DNA of 55,448 nt from Candidatus Actinomarina sp. (GTDB lineage Bacteria > Actinomycetota > Acidimicrobiia > Actinomarinales > Actinomarinaceae): positions 1-55,448 of the forward strand of contig JBJKUD010000001.1 of assembly GCA_045563315.1 (NCBI GenBank). Reading direction: 5' to 3'. Position 1 is the stretch's first letter. Each line of letters opens with the position of its first letter. Positions 29,086 to 38,534 of this stretch are shown one piece after another. The notes under the pieces were generated by a model that saw nothing but the letters and a program-made list of their open reading frames with translations, had not been told where the DNA came from and made no database searches. Position numbers and translations under genes: made by a program.

Positions 29086-30193
29086 TCGATGGAACTGTTT
29101 CTTGTAGGTGTTTGTCTAAATATTTCATGAAAGGCGTTCCTCCCGTTCCAACAACATTTGAGTTATTTTGGTTAGATAAGGATTGTTCATATATATAGAT
29201 CCTTGCATACTCCAAGTGTTTATCTCTAAAAGCATGTACTTCTCTAATTATTTCCTCAGATAATTGAACTAAGTTATCTTGTCTTGTAAAGTTACTTTTA
29301 TTATTTTGGGACCATTCATCTAAATCATTTAATAAATTTCTGTGTTCTTTTGGCATATAGAGCCTCATCTCGTCTAAGTACTCTTTTAATGGATCATTAG
29401 AGTGGGTTATTCCAAGGAGAGCATCTAAAGCTGGAACTATTGAACTTTGGGCACCAGTTTCTCCTCTAAAAAGTTGGGGGTTTCCACCGTATTCTTCAAC
29501 ATCTTCATAAATTACGCCATTTGGTGTAGCAGGGTTATTTTTCCAACCAAATATATATGGTCTTACACGGTTGTAATAGATATATGGATCACATTTTTCT
29601 GGCATTCTATTCATTATTTGATTAATTTTCTTTATGCTTACAAGTGCATTTTCTAGATATGATTGATCTTCATTTTTATCAAGGTAATAAATTTTTAAAT
29701 TATTTAGTATTTCTTTTGCTTCGTGTTCAATAGCAATATGAATCATAATAAACCAGTCTTCGTCCATTCCTCCTAAAAAATTTTGCAGGATTCTAATGTT
29801 TTCTAAATCAAAGGGTTTATTTACATCTTGCAATTTCCAATTATTTAATGCATAAGAAGCATAAGACAAGATTGGCGGCCTATCCAACTTTTGAGAAATT
29901 TTGTACCATGTCTTTGATATATTCTTTGGAATTACTTTTTCTATGCTTGTACCTCTCCAGATGTATCCATGACCGATGTAAGAGTAAAGTAACATTGCTC
30001 TTTCCAATTCATCAATACTTAAATTTGATATATCTTTTTCTGTCTCTAAATTTAATACTTCAGACTCAATTTGATTGTTTGCTAATATTTTTGGAAGATT
30101 GTTTGCAAGATATTCAATATCATCAAACTCATTCGAGAGAAGTGTTGAAATTTTATTTGGCAAAAAACCAGTTTCTAAAATAGAAAAATTCAA
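29078..30193 (-). CDS. Indoleamine 2,3-dioxygenase (IDO) family haem dioxygenase
   Basis: 371 aa. FRGETGAQSSIVPALDALLGI aligns with human IDO1 GGSAGQSSVFQCFDVLLGI. EMRLYMPKEHRNLL aligns with DMRRYMPPAHRNFL, which contains the proximal His. VVGTGGTPFMKYL aligns with KGTGGTDLMNFL. Alignments are from memory of IDO1, not from a search. Confidence 0.8.
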   Translation of the reverse strand: MNFSILETGFLPNKISTLLSNEFDDIEYLANNLPKILANNQIESEVLNLETEKDISNLSIDELERAMLLYSYIGHGYIWRGTSIEKVIPKNISKTWYKISQKLDRPPILSYASYALNNWKLQDVNKPFDLENIRILQNFLGGMDEDWFIMIHIAIEHEAKEILNNLKIYYLDKNEDQSYLENALVSIKKINQIMNRMPEKCDPYIYYNRVRPYIFGWKNNPATPNGVIYEDVEEYGGNPQLFRGETGAQSSIVPALDALLGITHSNDPLKEYLDEMRLYMPKEHRNLLNDLDEWSQNNKSNFTRQDNLVQLSEEIIREVHAFRDKHLEYARIYIYEQSLSNQNNSNVVGTGGTPFMKYLDKHLQETVPSND

Positions 30194-30257
30194 TCAGTCC
30201 ACCCCCACGATGATTTATTTTGTTGTTAATAATAATGGTAAACTATGTTTTGAAATC

Positions 30258-31751
30258 ATGAAGGATAATTTGTTTGTTATATTAGGTAATCAATTATTTG
30301 ATCCAAAATACCTTAAAAGCTTAGGCTGCAAGGATGTGTTTATGGCTGAAGATTTAGGTCTTTGCACCTATGTGCAACACCATAAATTGAAAATTTTTTT
30401 GTATTTAACTGCTATGAGAGAATATAGCGATGAACTAAACGAAAGAGATATAAATATAAACTACTTTAAGCTTGAAGGTAGAAACGACAAAAAAGACTAC
30501 TTCGAATTCCTGGTTGATTTTCTGAAAAAGAAAAAAATTGATAAAATCAAGGTTTTTGAATTAGAAGATAAGCCTTTTGAAAAAAAATTCCTAAACATAA
30601 TGATTGAAAATTCAATTGAAGTTGAAGTTCTTAAATCTCCAATGTTTATTTTTGAAAGAGAAAAATTTAATCAAATGGCAAAAGGAAAAAAAGTATATAG
30701 GATGTCATCTTTTTATCAAAAAGCTAGAAGGGACTTAAATATTTTAATGGATGAAAATGATCAACCGTCTGGAGGTAAATGGTCATTTGATGAAGAAAAC
30801 CGAAAAAAAATTCCAAAAAATACACTTATCCCCTCATTACCAAGTTTTAAAGATTCCAAACATACAGAAGATGTGATAAAGGTAATTAATAAAAACTTTC
30901 AAGATCATCCTGGAGAATTAACAAACTTATGGTTTCCAGTAACTAGAAAAGATGCAAAAAAACAACTTGATGAGTTTATAAAAAATCGTTTTTTAAATTT
31001 TGGGATTTATGAGGATGCTATGTTAGAGGGTGAAAATTTTCTTTTTCACAGTTGTATAAGTTCACTCCTAAATATTGGCCTTCTAACACCTGATTACGTT
31101 ATTGAAAGATCAATCAAGTTGGCAAACAAATATGAGGTTCCAATAAATTCTCTTGAGGGATTTATAAGACAAATAATTGGATGGAGAGAATTTATAAGGG
31201 GCATATATCAAGAAGAAGGTGATTATCAAATAAAACAAAATTATTGGAACCACAAGAGAAAATTAACAGATGCATGGTATGAAGGAGAGACAGGAATTGT
31301 TCCTTTGGATGATGCCATTAAAACGACATTGAGTGATGGCTACGTGCATCATATTCCTCGACTAATGGTGATTAGTAACATAATGAATCTTTGTGAAATA
31401 AGCCCCGATGAAATATACAAATGGTTTATGGAAATGTATATAGATTCTTCAGATTGGGTTATGGTCCCTAATGTTTATGGTATGGCAACGTATGCTGATG
31501 GAGGTTTAATGTCAACGAAACCATACACTTGTGGCTCAAACTATATTCTAAAAATGAGTAATTATAAAAAAGGTGACTGGTGTGATACATTAGACGGACT
31601 TTATTGGAGATTCACAGAAAAAAATATAGATTTTTATAAATCAAACCCAAGGCTTTCCCTTCTAATTAGATCCTTAGAAAAGATGGATTCTCAAAGAAAG
31701 AAAAAAATATTTAATGAAGCAGAAAAATTTATTCAGTCTTACACAAAATAA
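30258..31751 (+). CDS. Cryptochrome/photolyase-family protein, 'photolyase-related' COG3046 / FeS-BCP-like
   Basis: Family-typical motifs FIRQIIGWREFIRGIY, GYVHHIPRLMV and KPYTCGSNYILKMSNY. The ORF-track start at 30075 lies inside the divergent IDO gene. The ATG at 30258 (MKDNLFVILGNQLF) fits the family N-terminus; 30210 is an alternative start. Confidence 0.85.
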   Translation: MKDNLFVILGNQLFDPKYLKSLGCKDVFMAEDLGLCTYVQHHKLKIFLYLTAMREYSDELNERDININYFKLEGRNDKKDYFEFLVDFLKKKKIDKIKVFELEDKPFEKKFLNIMIENSIEVEVLKSPMFIFEREKFNQMAKGKKVYRMSSFYQKARRDLNILMDENDQPSGGKWSFDEENRKKIPKNTLIPSLPSFKDSKHTEDVIKVINKNFQDHPGELTNLWFPVTRKDAKKQLDEFIKNRFLNFGIYEDAMLEGENFLFHSCISSLLNIGLLTPDYVIERSIKLANKYEVPINSLEGFIRQIIGWREFIRGIYQEEGDYQIKQNYWNHKRKLTDAWYEGETGIVPLDDAIKTTLSDGYVHHIPRLMVISNIMNLCEISPDEIYKWFMEMYIDSSDWVMVPNVYGMATYADGGLMSTKPYTCGSNYILKMSNYKKGDWCDTLDGLYWRFTEKNIDFYKSNPRLSLLIRSLEKMDSQRKKKIFNEAEKFIQSYTK

Positions 31752-32531
31752 TTAAGTTTTTTGCTCCAAATATTTTTTTAGCTTTAGTGGCTCGTCAGTC
31801 ATGATTCCATCACATCCAAACTCCAAACATTTATTGAAATCTTCTAATGTATTAACTGTCCAAATATGTAAATATAAATTGTTAATTTCTGAAAAATTTT
31901 TAAGCTTTCTTGAATGAACCTTTAATCCTTTATATATGAAGGGTGCTTGTAAAGCTTGGACTTTAAAATTTCTTTTTTTTGTTGGAAAATATCTTGCAAT
32001 TACGTTTTCTCTAAACGATCCCGAAGTGAATACGTCGTCATTAGAAATCTTTATAAATTCGTCCAATCGCAAAGGACTAAATGATGATACTAATGTTCTG
32101 TTCTCGGCTTTTGTCTCCTTAATAATTCTATAAACTTTTTTGGCCATTCCGGATTCTTTTAAATCTAGATTAAAACAAAGTTTATCAAAAGTCATCAAGG
32201 CCTCTCTTAGCAAAACAAAGCTAGTCTCCTTGTCTAGATTTTTTCTTTCATAGAATTTTGACCCAGCATTAATTTTTTTTAAATCTTTCCAATCTATCTC
32301 AGATATCTTACCTTTATCATGAGTTGTTCTTTCTAATGTTGCATCATGATGTAAAATAATTTCACCATCTTTTGTCATTCTTAAATCAGTTTCGAAATGT
32401 GTAAAGTTATTTTCAACTGTATGTTCTATGGCATGTAAAGTGTTTTCAGGAACTACATTGATCCCACCCCTGTGAGGAATAATTATGGGTTTTTCCCCTC
32501 TAAAATAATAATTTCTATCCAGAAACACCAC
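31752..32531 (-). CDS. Glycerophosphodiester phosphodiesterase
   Basis: 259 aa. GDPD motifs IIPHRGG..ENTLHAI, FETDLRMTKDGEIILHHDATLERTT and IWTVN. GTG start; overlaps the upstream pmbA-like gene by 17 nt. Confidence 0.88.
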   Translation of the reverse strand: MVFLDRNYYFRGEKPIIIPHRGGINVVPENTLHAIEHTVENNFTHFETDLRMTKDGEIILHHDATLERTTHDKGKISEIDWKDLKKINAGSKFYERKNLDKETSFVLLREALMTFDKLCFNLDLKESGMAKKVYRIIKETKAENRTLVSSFSPLRLDEFIKISNDDVFTSGSFRENVIARYFPTKKRNFKVQALQAPFIYKGLKVHSRKLKNFSEINNLYLHIWTVNTLEDFNKCLEFGCDGIMTDEPLKLKKYLEQKT

Positions 32532-33840
32532 CGGTAAAATTAAATTCTTTTAAATGCAACATGGGAACATTTAAAATACCTTCGCCAAATTCAGAATCAG
32601 CAAATCTATTTTCAGAACCAACACCCAAAACATTTCCCTGGCCAAGAGATGACATAAAGCTTTGAGTGAATCTCAATCTTCCGACAGGCTTTGTTATTTT
32701 TCCATTTTCAATTAGATATGATCCATTTCTATTTAAGCCAGTAACTACTTGTGTGATAGGGTCTAATACTCTGCAATACCAAAATTCATTTATATAAATT
32801 CCTTTTTTTACATTTGAAACCATTTCATCCTTTGTAATGTCCCCTGGCTGAAGGTACAAATTTGTTCCAAGCCCACCAAAACTATCTCCCCAACCAAACA
32901 TCTCATGAAATGTATTAGTTTCGTTTAATTCGGTTGATGTTCGTCTTGTGTGAAAATAAGATTTAGGCACTCCATTAGAAATTATTTCAGTTTTTCTTTT
33001 TGGGGATCCGGATGCATCAATTTTAAAGTTCAAAGCTCCTTCTTTATGGGGATCGTCAAAAAGTGTAATTTTTTTATCAAATTGCTCGCTATTAATTTCA
33101 ATAGGTGAGGTACCATCAACTTTACTTTTTGCATTAAATCCATAAACAGCCAGGAAAACTAAAATTGTGCTTACCGCATCTGGACCTAAGATAACTTCGT
33201 ATATTCCAGGATCAATATCTTGTGGGTTTTGAGACTCTTTTGCAATAGAATATGCCTCCTGTCCTACTTTTTTACCATCAATATTTTCTAATATCTTATG
33301 ACCTATATGAGATGAGCCTGATGATGTTTCAGATCTAAATATCCCATCAAGAAATGCACTTGTCGCAGTGTCGCTTGAATTGAGGCCATCAGTATTCCAG
33401 ACAAAAACATTTGAAACGTTTGACGAGCAATAACCTGCACCGTTAAAAGATTTTCCTTGGTCAATAAAATCTTTTACTTTTTGTGCTCTCAAGTCTGGAT
33501 TTTCTGGGGATATACTTTTATACCCATCAAAGGATTTTTCTTTACTCGCAAGGCCAGGCCAGTTTGAATCTTTCGGATTATTAGCTAATTCTGACAAAGC
33601 TTTTTTTACCACTTCATCAATTGATCTAAGGGAAGTGATATTCAAATTTAGATTAGTTGTTTTTCCACCAGAATGGAAAGTTAAATAAACATCAGTAATT
33701 TCCTCTTCTACATTTTGATGAATATGAGAATTTGCAAATCTCGTAAGTGACTCTGTGGAATTAATCATTTTTATTTCACATTGCACATCTGATGGGACTA
33801 TTTTCTCGGTATCCTCTACCAAATTTTCCCAAATTTTCAT
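32515..33840 (-). CDS. TldD/PmbA-family metallopeptidase (PmbA-like partner)
   Basis: 441 aa. SLTRFANSHIHQNV and a C-terminal beta-rich PmbA_TldD domain. Overlaps tldD by 4 nt in the usual paired arrangement. Confidence 0.85.
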   Translation of the reverse strand: MKIWENLVEDTEKIVPSDVQCEIKMINSTESLTRFANSHIHQNVEEEITDVYLTFHSGGKTTNLNLNITSLRSIDEVVKKALSELANNPKDSNWPGLASKEKSFDGYKSISPENPDLRAQKVKDFIDQGKSFNGAGYCSSNVSNVFVWNTDGLNSSDTATSAFLDGIFRSETSSGSSHIGHKILENIDGKKVGQEAYSIAKESQNPQDIDPGIYEVILGPDAVSTILVFLAVYGFNAKSKVDGTSPIEINSEQFDKKITLFDDPHKEGALNFKIDASGSPKRKTEIISNGVPKSYFHTRRTSTELNETNTFHEMFGWGDSFGGLGTNLYLQPGDITKDEMVSNVKKGIYINEFWYCRVLDPITQVVTGLNRNGSYLIENGKITKPVGRLRFTQSFMSSLGQGNVLGVGSENRFADSEFGEGILNVPMLHLKEFNFTGGVSG

Positions 33841-35273
33841 CCCCTTACTCCAATTCTTACATCTTTAAATCTTGCTGGAGAAGCTGGGTGACCAGTATGT
33901 CCAATCTGACTAGGTTGTCCTTTTCCGCAATTTGGAGTGCCCCAAAATACCCATTCATCTTTTCCAGCTAACATATCCATACTTCCCCAAAAGTTTGGAG
34001 TAATTCCGGTATAAGTTGGATTTTTAACCATATCTGTAATTTTTCCATTCTTTACAAGCCATCCAACCTCACACCCAAACTGAAAATTTAATCTTAAATC
34101 ATCAATTGACCATGATCGATTAGTTTCCATATAAACTCCATCATCAGTTGATCCTATAATTTCATCTAATGATGAATCCCCTGGTAAAAGACCTACATTT
34201 GTCATTCTTACCATCGGTAATCGTCCGTATCCGTCAGCCCTAACCATACCGCCAGGGTTTACTCCGGCAATAGCCGCACTGTCACGTCCAGTTAAAACTC
34301 CCGTCCATACACCTTCTTTGACTATATCTACTCTTTGTGCAGGTGTTCCTTCATCGTCGTATTTAAATGTTGCCAATGCTCCAGGTAATGTCGCATCAGC
34401 AACTATATTCATTAACGATGAGCCATATTTATGTTCGTTTAATTTATTAAGTTGCAAATGAGAAGTGCCGGCATAAGCAGCTTCCCATCCCAAAATTCTA
34501 TCTAGCTCAATAGCATGTCCAACGGACTCATGAATTTGAAGTGCAAGTTGGCTACCTTCAAGTATCAAGTCTCTTATCCCCTCAGGACATTGTGGAGATG
34601 TTAAAAGCCTTTTAGATTCTTCAGTTAATCTTTCAACATGGTCTAAGAATTTAAAACTCTGTATTACTTCCCAACCACCCGTTCTATACTCTCCAAAAGA
34701 TTGTGGATAAGAGCGTATTTGAGTTTCCCCATCACCAATACTAAGTGAAGAAATCCCTCCGCCAGACTCAATAATATTTTGGTAGATTTCATGGCCTTGG
34801 CTAGATGCAAACCATTTCTCTGTGTCCCAGAAATTTAATCTTCCAGAAGCTATTGAACTTCCTAATTTTTTCATTTCGTGTGTGGAGGAAACTAACAAAT
34901 CAATTTGATCTGTTGAAGAAACTTTGAAAGGATTTTGCTCATGAGGTGTAACATATTTATCTTGCACGATTGGAACATCAGCTAAAGGAAAATTTTTTCC
35001 TGGAACTTTTGAAGATGCTTTTGCGATCAGATAGGCTTTTTTTCCTGCTTCTATAAGTGATTTATCTGATAAGTCATATGTGGCATAAAATCCCCAGGAT
35101 GACCCAACAAGGGCACGTATGCCTAATCCCATATTTTCAGAATTGCTGAAATCTTCTAACTCACCATCTTTTGACGATATATTTCGACTTTTAGATATAA
35201 GAATTCTTGCATCAGCATATTGTGCACCCGAACTAATTGCTGAATCAATGCTTTTATTTAATTGATTAAACAT
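33837..35273 (-). CDS. tldD: TldD-family metallopeptidase
   Basis: 478 aa. HESVGHAIELDR (HExxxH zinc motif characteristic of TldD) and YADARI near the N-terminus. Confidence 0.9.
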   Translation of the reverse strand: MFNQLNKSIDSAISSGAQYADARILISKSRNISSKDGELEDFSNSENMGLGIRALVGSSWGFYATYDLSDKSLIEAGKKAYLIAKASSKVPGKNFPLADVPIVQDKYVTPHEQNPFKVSSTDQIDLLVSSTHEMKKLGSSIASGRLNFWDTEKWFASSQGHEIYQNIIESGGGISSLSIGDGETQIRSYPQSFGEYRTGGWEVIQSFKFLDHVERLTEESKRLLTSPQCPEGIRDLILEGSQLALQIHESVGHAIELDRILGWEAAYAGTSHLQLNKLNEHKYGSSLMNIVADATLPGALATFKYDDEGTPAQRVDIVKEGVWTGVLTGRDSAAIAGVNPGGMVRADGYGRLPMVRMTNVGLLPGDSSLDEIIGSTDDGVYMETNRSWSIDDLRLNFQFGCEVGWLVKNGKITDMVKNPTYTGITPNFWGSMDMLAGKDEWVFWGTPNCGKGQPSQIGHTGHPASPARFKDVRIGVRG

Positions 35274-35321
35274 TTCTTTATTTTACACATCTAAAATATT
35301 CAGCGTCTGTAATCTTTTTAT

Positions 35322-35873
35322 ATGAAGTTTATTACAGTATTTGGTTCTTCAAGATGCAAAGCCGGTGAACCCGAGTATATTTTTGCTGAAAAGGTTGGAG
35401 AATTAATTGGGAAGTATGGACACAATGTTGCAACGGGTGGTTATCAAGGGACTATGGAAGCTGTTTCAAAAGGTTCCTTAAGCCAAGGAGTGGTTGTTAA
35501 TGGAGTTACTGTGCCATCATTGTTTTCAGAAAAAAGTGAAAAAAGTTTTGAGAGAACACCAAATATATACGTTAATAAAGAAATAAAATCTAAAAGTCTG
35601 CCGAATAGAATACATTTTTTATTAAAAGATTCAAAGGCTGTCGTTGTCCTTCCTGGAAAAATTGGAACACTTACAGAGCTTTTTGTTGCTTGGAATTCCA
35701 ATTATTTATTTAACAAAAGTGAAGATAAAGATTTGATCCCTGTTTTTTTAAAAAAAGATTTTTGGAAAGGTATTGTTGACAATCTTCCAGAAAACATGGA
35801 GCTCGACAAAAAATTGTTTAGTTACTTTGAAAATATCGAAGAATTAGAAGAATTTATCTCTGAACTAAACTAA
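35322..35873 (+). CDS. LOG-family (TIGR00730-like) nucleotide-binding protein / putative nucleotide 5'-monophosphate nucleosidase
   Basis: 183 aa. [20 protein letters not shown] and [12 protein letters not shown], the last resembling the PGGxGTxxE motif of LOG proteins. Confidence 0.72.
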   Translation: MKFITVFGSSRCKAGEPEYIFAEKVGELIGKYGHNVATGGYQGTMEAVSKGSLSQGVVVNGVTVPSLFSEKSEKSFERTPNIYVNKEIKSKSLPNRIHFLLKDSKAVVVLPGKIGTLTELFVAWNSNYLFNKSEDKDLIPVFLKKDFWKGIVDNLPENMELDKKLFSYFENIEELEEFISELN

Positions 35874-36920
35874 ATCTTGTTCTCTAATGCCAAAAGAAGG
35901 ATGTCTAAGTCTACAAAGTGCAAGTTTTTCTAACTGCCTAATTCTCTCTCTTGTAAGATCAAATTCTTCTCCTATTTCTTCTAAGGTTCTAGGGACTCCA
36001 TCATAGAATCCATATCTTAAGGCAAGTATTCTTCCTTCTCGTTCAGGCAGTCTGCTAATGCTGTCTCTTAAGCTTTCTGCAACATCTAAGTCTTGAACAA
36101 TTAAAGACGGGTCACTAGCATCTTCGTCTTGGATAAAGTCACCTAGTTGAGCTCCATCTTCTCCTACAGGTTGCTCTAGAGATACTGTGTCTGCAACGCT
36201 TAGAGCTAACTCAACTTTGTCTACCCCTACACCAGCTTCTTTTGCAATTTCTTGTGGTTTGGGATCTCTACCAAGTTCAGCTTTTAACTGTGCCTGTGCT
36301 GCTCTAACAGCTGCCATAGTGTCATGAAGGTGAACAGGTATTCGAACAGTTCTTGATTTGTCTGCGATTGCCCTTGTAATTGCTTGTCTTATCCACCAGG
36401 TTGCGTAAGTTGAAAACTTGAAACCTTTTCTCCAATCAAATTTTTCAACAGCTCTTATTAATCCTAAATTACCTTCTTGAATCAAATCAAGAAAGTCTAT
36501 ACCTGAGGTGTTTGCATACCTTCTAGCGTTGGCAACGACGAGACGTAGGTTTGCTGTTAAAAAGGCGTCTTTAGCTTCGGCTCCTTTTTTTCGATTTCGT
36601 TTTAATCTTATTTCGCCCTTTTTGTCTTTATATTGTTTTTTAGTTAATTTAATTGCAGCTTTCTCACCAGCTTCAATTCTTTGAGCTAATTCAACTTCTT
36701 GTTCTGCTGTCAGAAGATCGAAGTTACCTATTGCAGTTAGGTATTGGCTAACTAAATCTGTAGTTAATTTGCCTTTGTCATCGGCAAGCTTTTTAACCAA
36801 TGATTTCGCTTTTTCTCGTGCCTCTGCTTCTTGTTCAGGAGTTAAAGATTCTTCCTCATTGGCTAATTCTGTCTCCATTTTCGAAGCTTTTGGTTTAGAA
36901 GGAATTGTTTTTGTCACCAT
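35865..36920 (-). CDS. RNA polymerase sigma-70 factor, group 1/2 (SigA/HrdB-like)
   Basis: 351 aa. Region 1.2 ([28 protein letters not shown]), region 2 ([39 protein letters not shown]), region 3, and region 4.2 ([20 protein letters not shown]...LRHPS). Confidence 0.93.
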   Translation of the reverse strand: MVTKTIPSKPKASKMETELANEEESLTPEQEAEAREKAKSLVKKLADDKGKLTTDLVSQYLTAIGNFDLLTAEQEVELAQRIEAGEKAAIKLTKKQYKDKKGEIRLKRNRKKGAEAKDAFLTANLRLVVANARRYANTSGIDFLDLIQEGNLGLIRAVEKFDWRKGFKFSTYATWWIRQAITRAIADKSRTVRIPVHLHDTMAAVRAAQAQLKAELGRDPKPQEIAKEAGVGVDKVELALSVADTVSLEQPVGEDGAQLGDFIQDEDASDPSLIVQDLDVAESLRDSISRLPEREGRILALRYGFYDGVPRTLEEIGEEFDLTRERIRQLEKLALCRLRHPSFGIREQDLV

Positions 36921-36997
36921 TATTTTGACCTTATTATTTGTTTACTAGTTACCGAAAAGTAAGGATAGATGTATTCCCAAATTAAAGCTAATTGATT

Positions 36998-37891
36998 TTA
37001 CTCTTTATTTTCAGGAACTTTTAAAAAAACGGCCTTTTCGATTGATTTATATACGTAGGTGATCCAAAGAAGATCTGCAAGCAATAAGTGGAGTATGCTT
37101 AGTGGAAGAATAATATTAGAAAAAACATTGAGAACACCAAGAATAACTCCAACAATTATTAAAAATTTAATAATATAGCTATCTATTCCGTATTCTTTTT
37201 TAAATCTATTTGATTCTAAAAATAAAAATATAGAGAGAATGGTAGAAACAAATGGATGAAGAATTCTTAATCTTGTTAAAACTTCACTTGTTGAATCAAA
37301 ATCTTCAATAAACCCCTCTACAAAAGATGCACTGGGAAACAAAACATCCGCCAAAGCAGTTATTGATCCAGTAGCCCCCGTTAAAAAAAATAATACGAAG
37401 GCAATTTTTATCCTTTTATCAAAATAATTGCTCAATTTGTTTTCAGATTCTCTTAGCAAATAAAAAATCAATGTATAAAAACCAAGAAGAGCAAATGTAT
37501 TTACTAGATGTAGTGGAACTGCAATAATTCTTGGTAATGATGAATTAAGACCAACCCATTCATAGATAACAATGACTGCACCTATTGCAGCCTCAAGTAA
37601 AACAAAAAAGGTCAGATAATTAATAACTTTTTTATGAAGTAATGGAGTACCGGACTCTCTACTTTTTAGAAATAAAAGTAAAGTAACAATAAGCAAAATT
37701 CCACTAATAGACCTATGGCTAAACTCTATAATTTCTGAACTTGTTTCCAAACTAGGAATGACTCTTCCGTTGCAAGTTGGCCATGATGCTCCGCAACCGT
37801 CACCTGAACCAGTCGCTCTAACAATTGCTCCTGCAAGGATCGAAAGAATTGATGTTGTTAAGCCAATAGTTGCCAATGAGCTTAATTTCAT
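36998..37891 (-). CDS. ctaA: Haem A synthase (COX15/CtaA)
   Basis: 297 aa with about 8 TM segments. N-terminal GSGDGCGASWPTCNG motif and conserved His residues in the TM helices. Confidence 0.88.
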   Translation of the reverse strand: MKLSSLATIGLTTSILSILAGAIVRATGSGDGCGASWPTCNGRVIPSLETSSEIIEFSHRSISGILLIVTLLLFLKSRESGTPLLHKKVINYLTFFVLLEAAIGAVIVIYEWVGLNSSLPRIIAVPLHLVNTFALLGFYTLIFYLLRESENKLSNYFDKRIKIAFVLFFLTGATGSITALADVLFPSASFVEGFIEDFDSTSEVLTRLRILHPFVSTILSIFLFLESNRFKKEYGIDSYIIKFLIIVGVILGVLNVFSNIILPLSILHLLLADLLWITYVYKSIEKAVFLKVPENKE

Positions 37892-38481
37892 AGTAGGTTT
37901 TCAATAAATAAATTAAATGAATTAAGAAACATTTGAAAAGCTTTCATCGCTATGAATAAAAGAACAGAAATTGAAATAAATGTTTTCATATTTCTTGAAA
38001 AATAAAATGATAGCTGTTTTGGATCCCGAATATAAGGTTGTTCTTCAAGAGCATTTTCATACAAATCTTCATAATTTAAAACTTTATTTTCTTGCTCTAT
38101 TGATTTATCTGAATATATGTCAAAAACATTCATTTCTGAGGTTCTTCTTTTTTGCTTTTTTTCTATATCAGATTTAAACCTATTAAAAATTCCAGATTTC
38201 AAATCTATATTTTTTTCTTTATCTACTTGAAATAAAGATTCTTCAATGTTTTTTTCAGATCTATTGGGGACCTTAAACTCATTGTTTTCTAAAGTATTTG
38301 AAATATCTTTACCCAATAGGCCCTCAAGGGCAGCAACTATTTTTTGATCAGTAGGTAGACTTGTCCCCGCTTCCCATTTTTTAACATCTTTCGTGCTAGC
38401 TCCAGTAAAAGAAGCTATTTGTTTTATGCTTAAACCCCTTTGTTCTCTGAGCTTCACAAAAATTGATGAAAAATTATTCAT
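37888..38481 (-). CDS. Membrane-anchored XRE-family helix-turn-helix protein
   Basis: 197 aa. N-terminal HTH (LREQRGLSIKQIASFTGASTKDVKKWEAGTSLPT), a long charged linker, and a single C-terminal TM helix (TFISISVLLFIAMKAF). Its stop overlaps the ctaA start (ATGA). Confidence 0.7.
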   Translation of the reverse strand: MNNFSSIFVKLREQRGLSIKQIASFTGASTKDVKKWEAGTSLPTDQKIVAALEGLLGKDISNTLENNEFKVPNRSEKNIEESLFQVDKEKNIDLKSGIFNRFKSDIEKKQKRRTSEMNVFDIYSDKSIEQENKVLNYEDLYENALEEQPYIRDPKQLSFYFSRNMKTFISISVLLFIAMKAFQMFLNSFNLFIENLL

Positions 38482-38488
38482 TATGTAA

Positions 38489-38523
38489 TAATTGTATTCG
38501 ATATATTAATTTTTATACAATTA
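38489..38523. promoter_or_regulatory. Perfect 9-bp inverted repeat TAATTGTAT-N17-ATACAATTA; candidate symmetric bidirectional promoter or operator
   Basis: On the + strand it reads TTGTAT (38492-38497)-N18-TACAAT (38516-38521), about 13 nt upstream of the tRNA-Sec 5' end. By symmetry the same hexamers occur on the - strand, with TACAAT ending at 38491, about 10 nt before the HTH gene ATG (38481). Identified by eye only. Confidence 0.3.
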
Positions 38524-38534
38524 GTGTTATTTAT

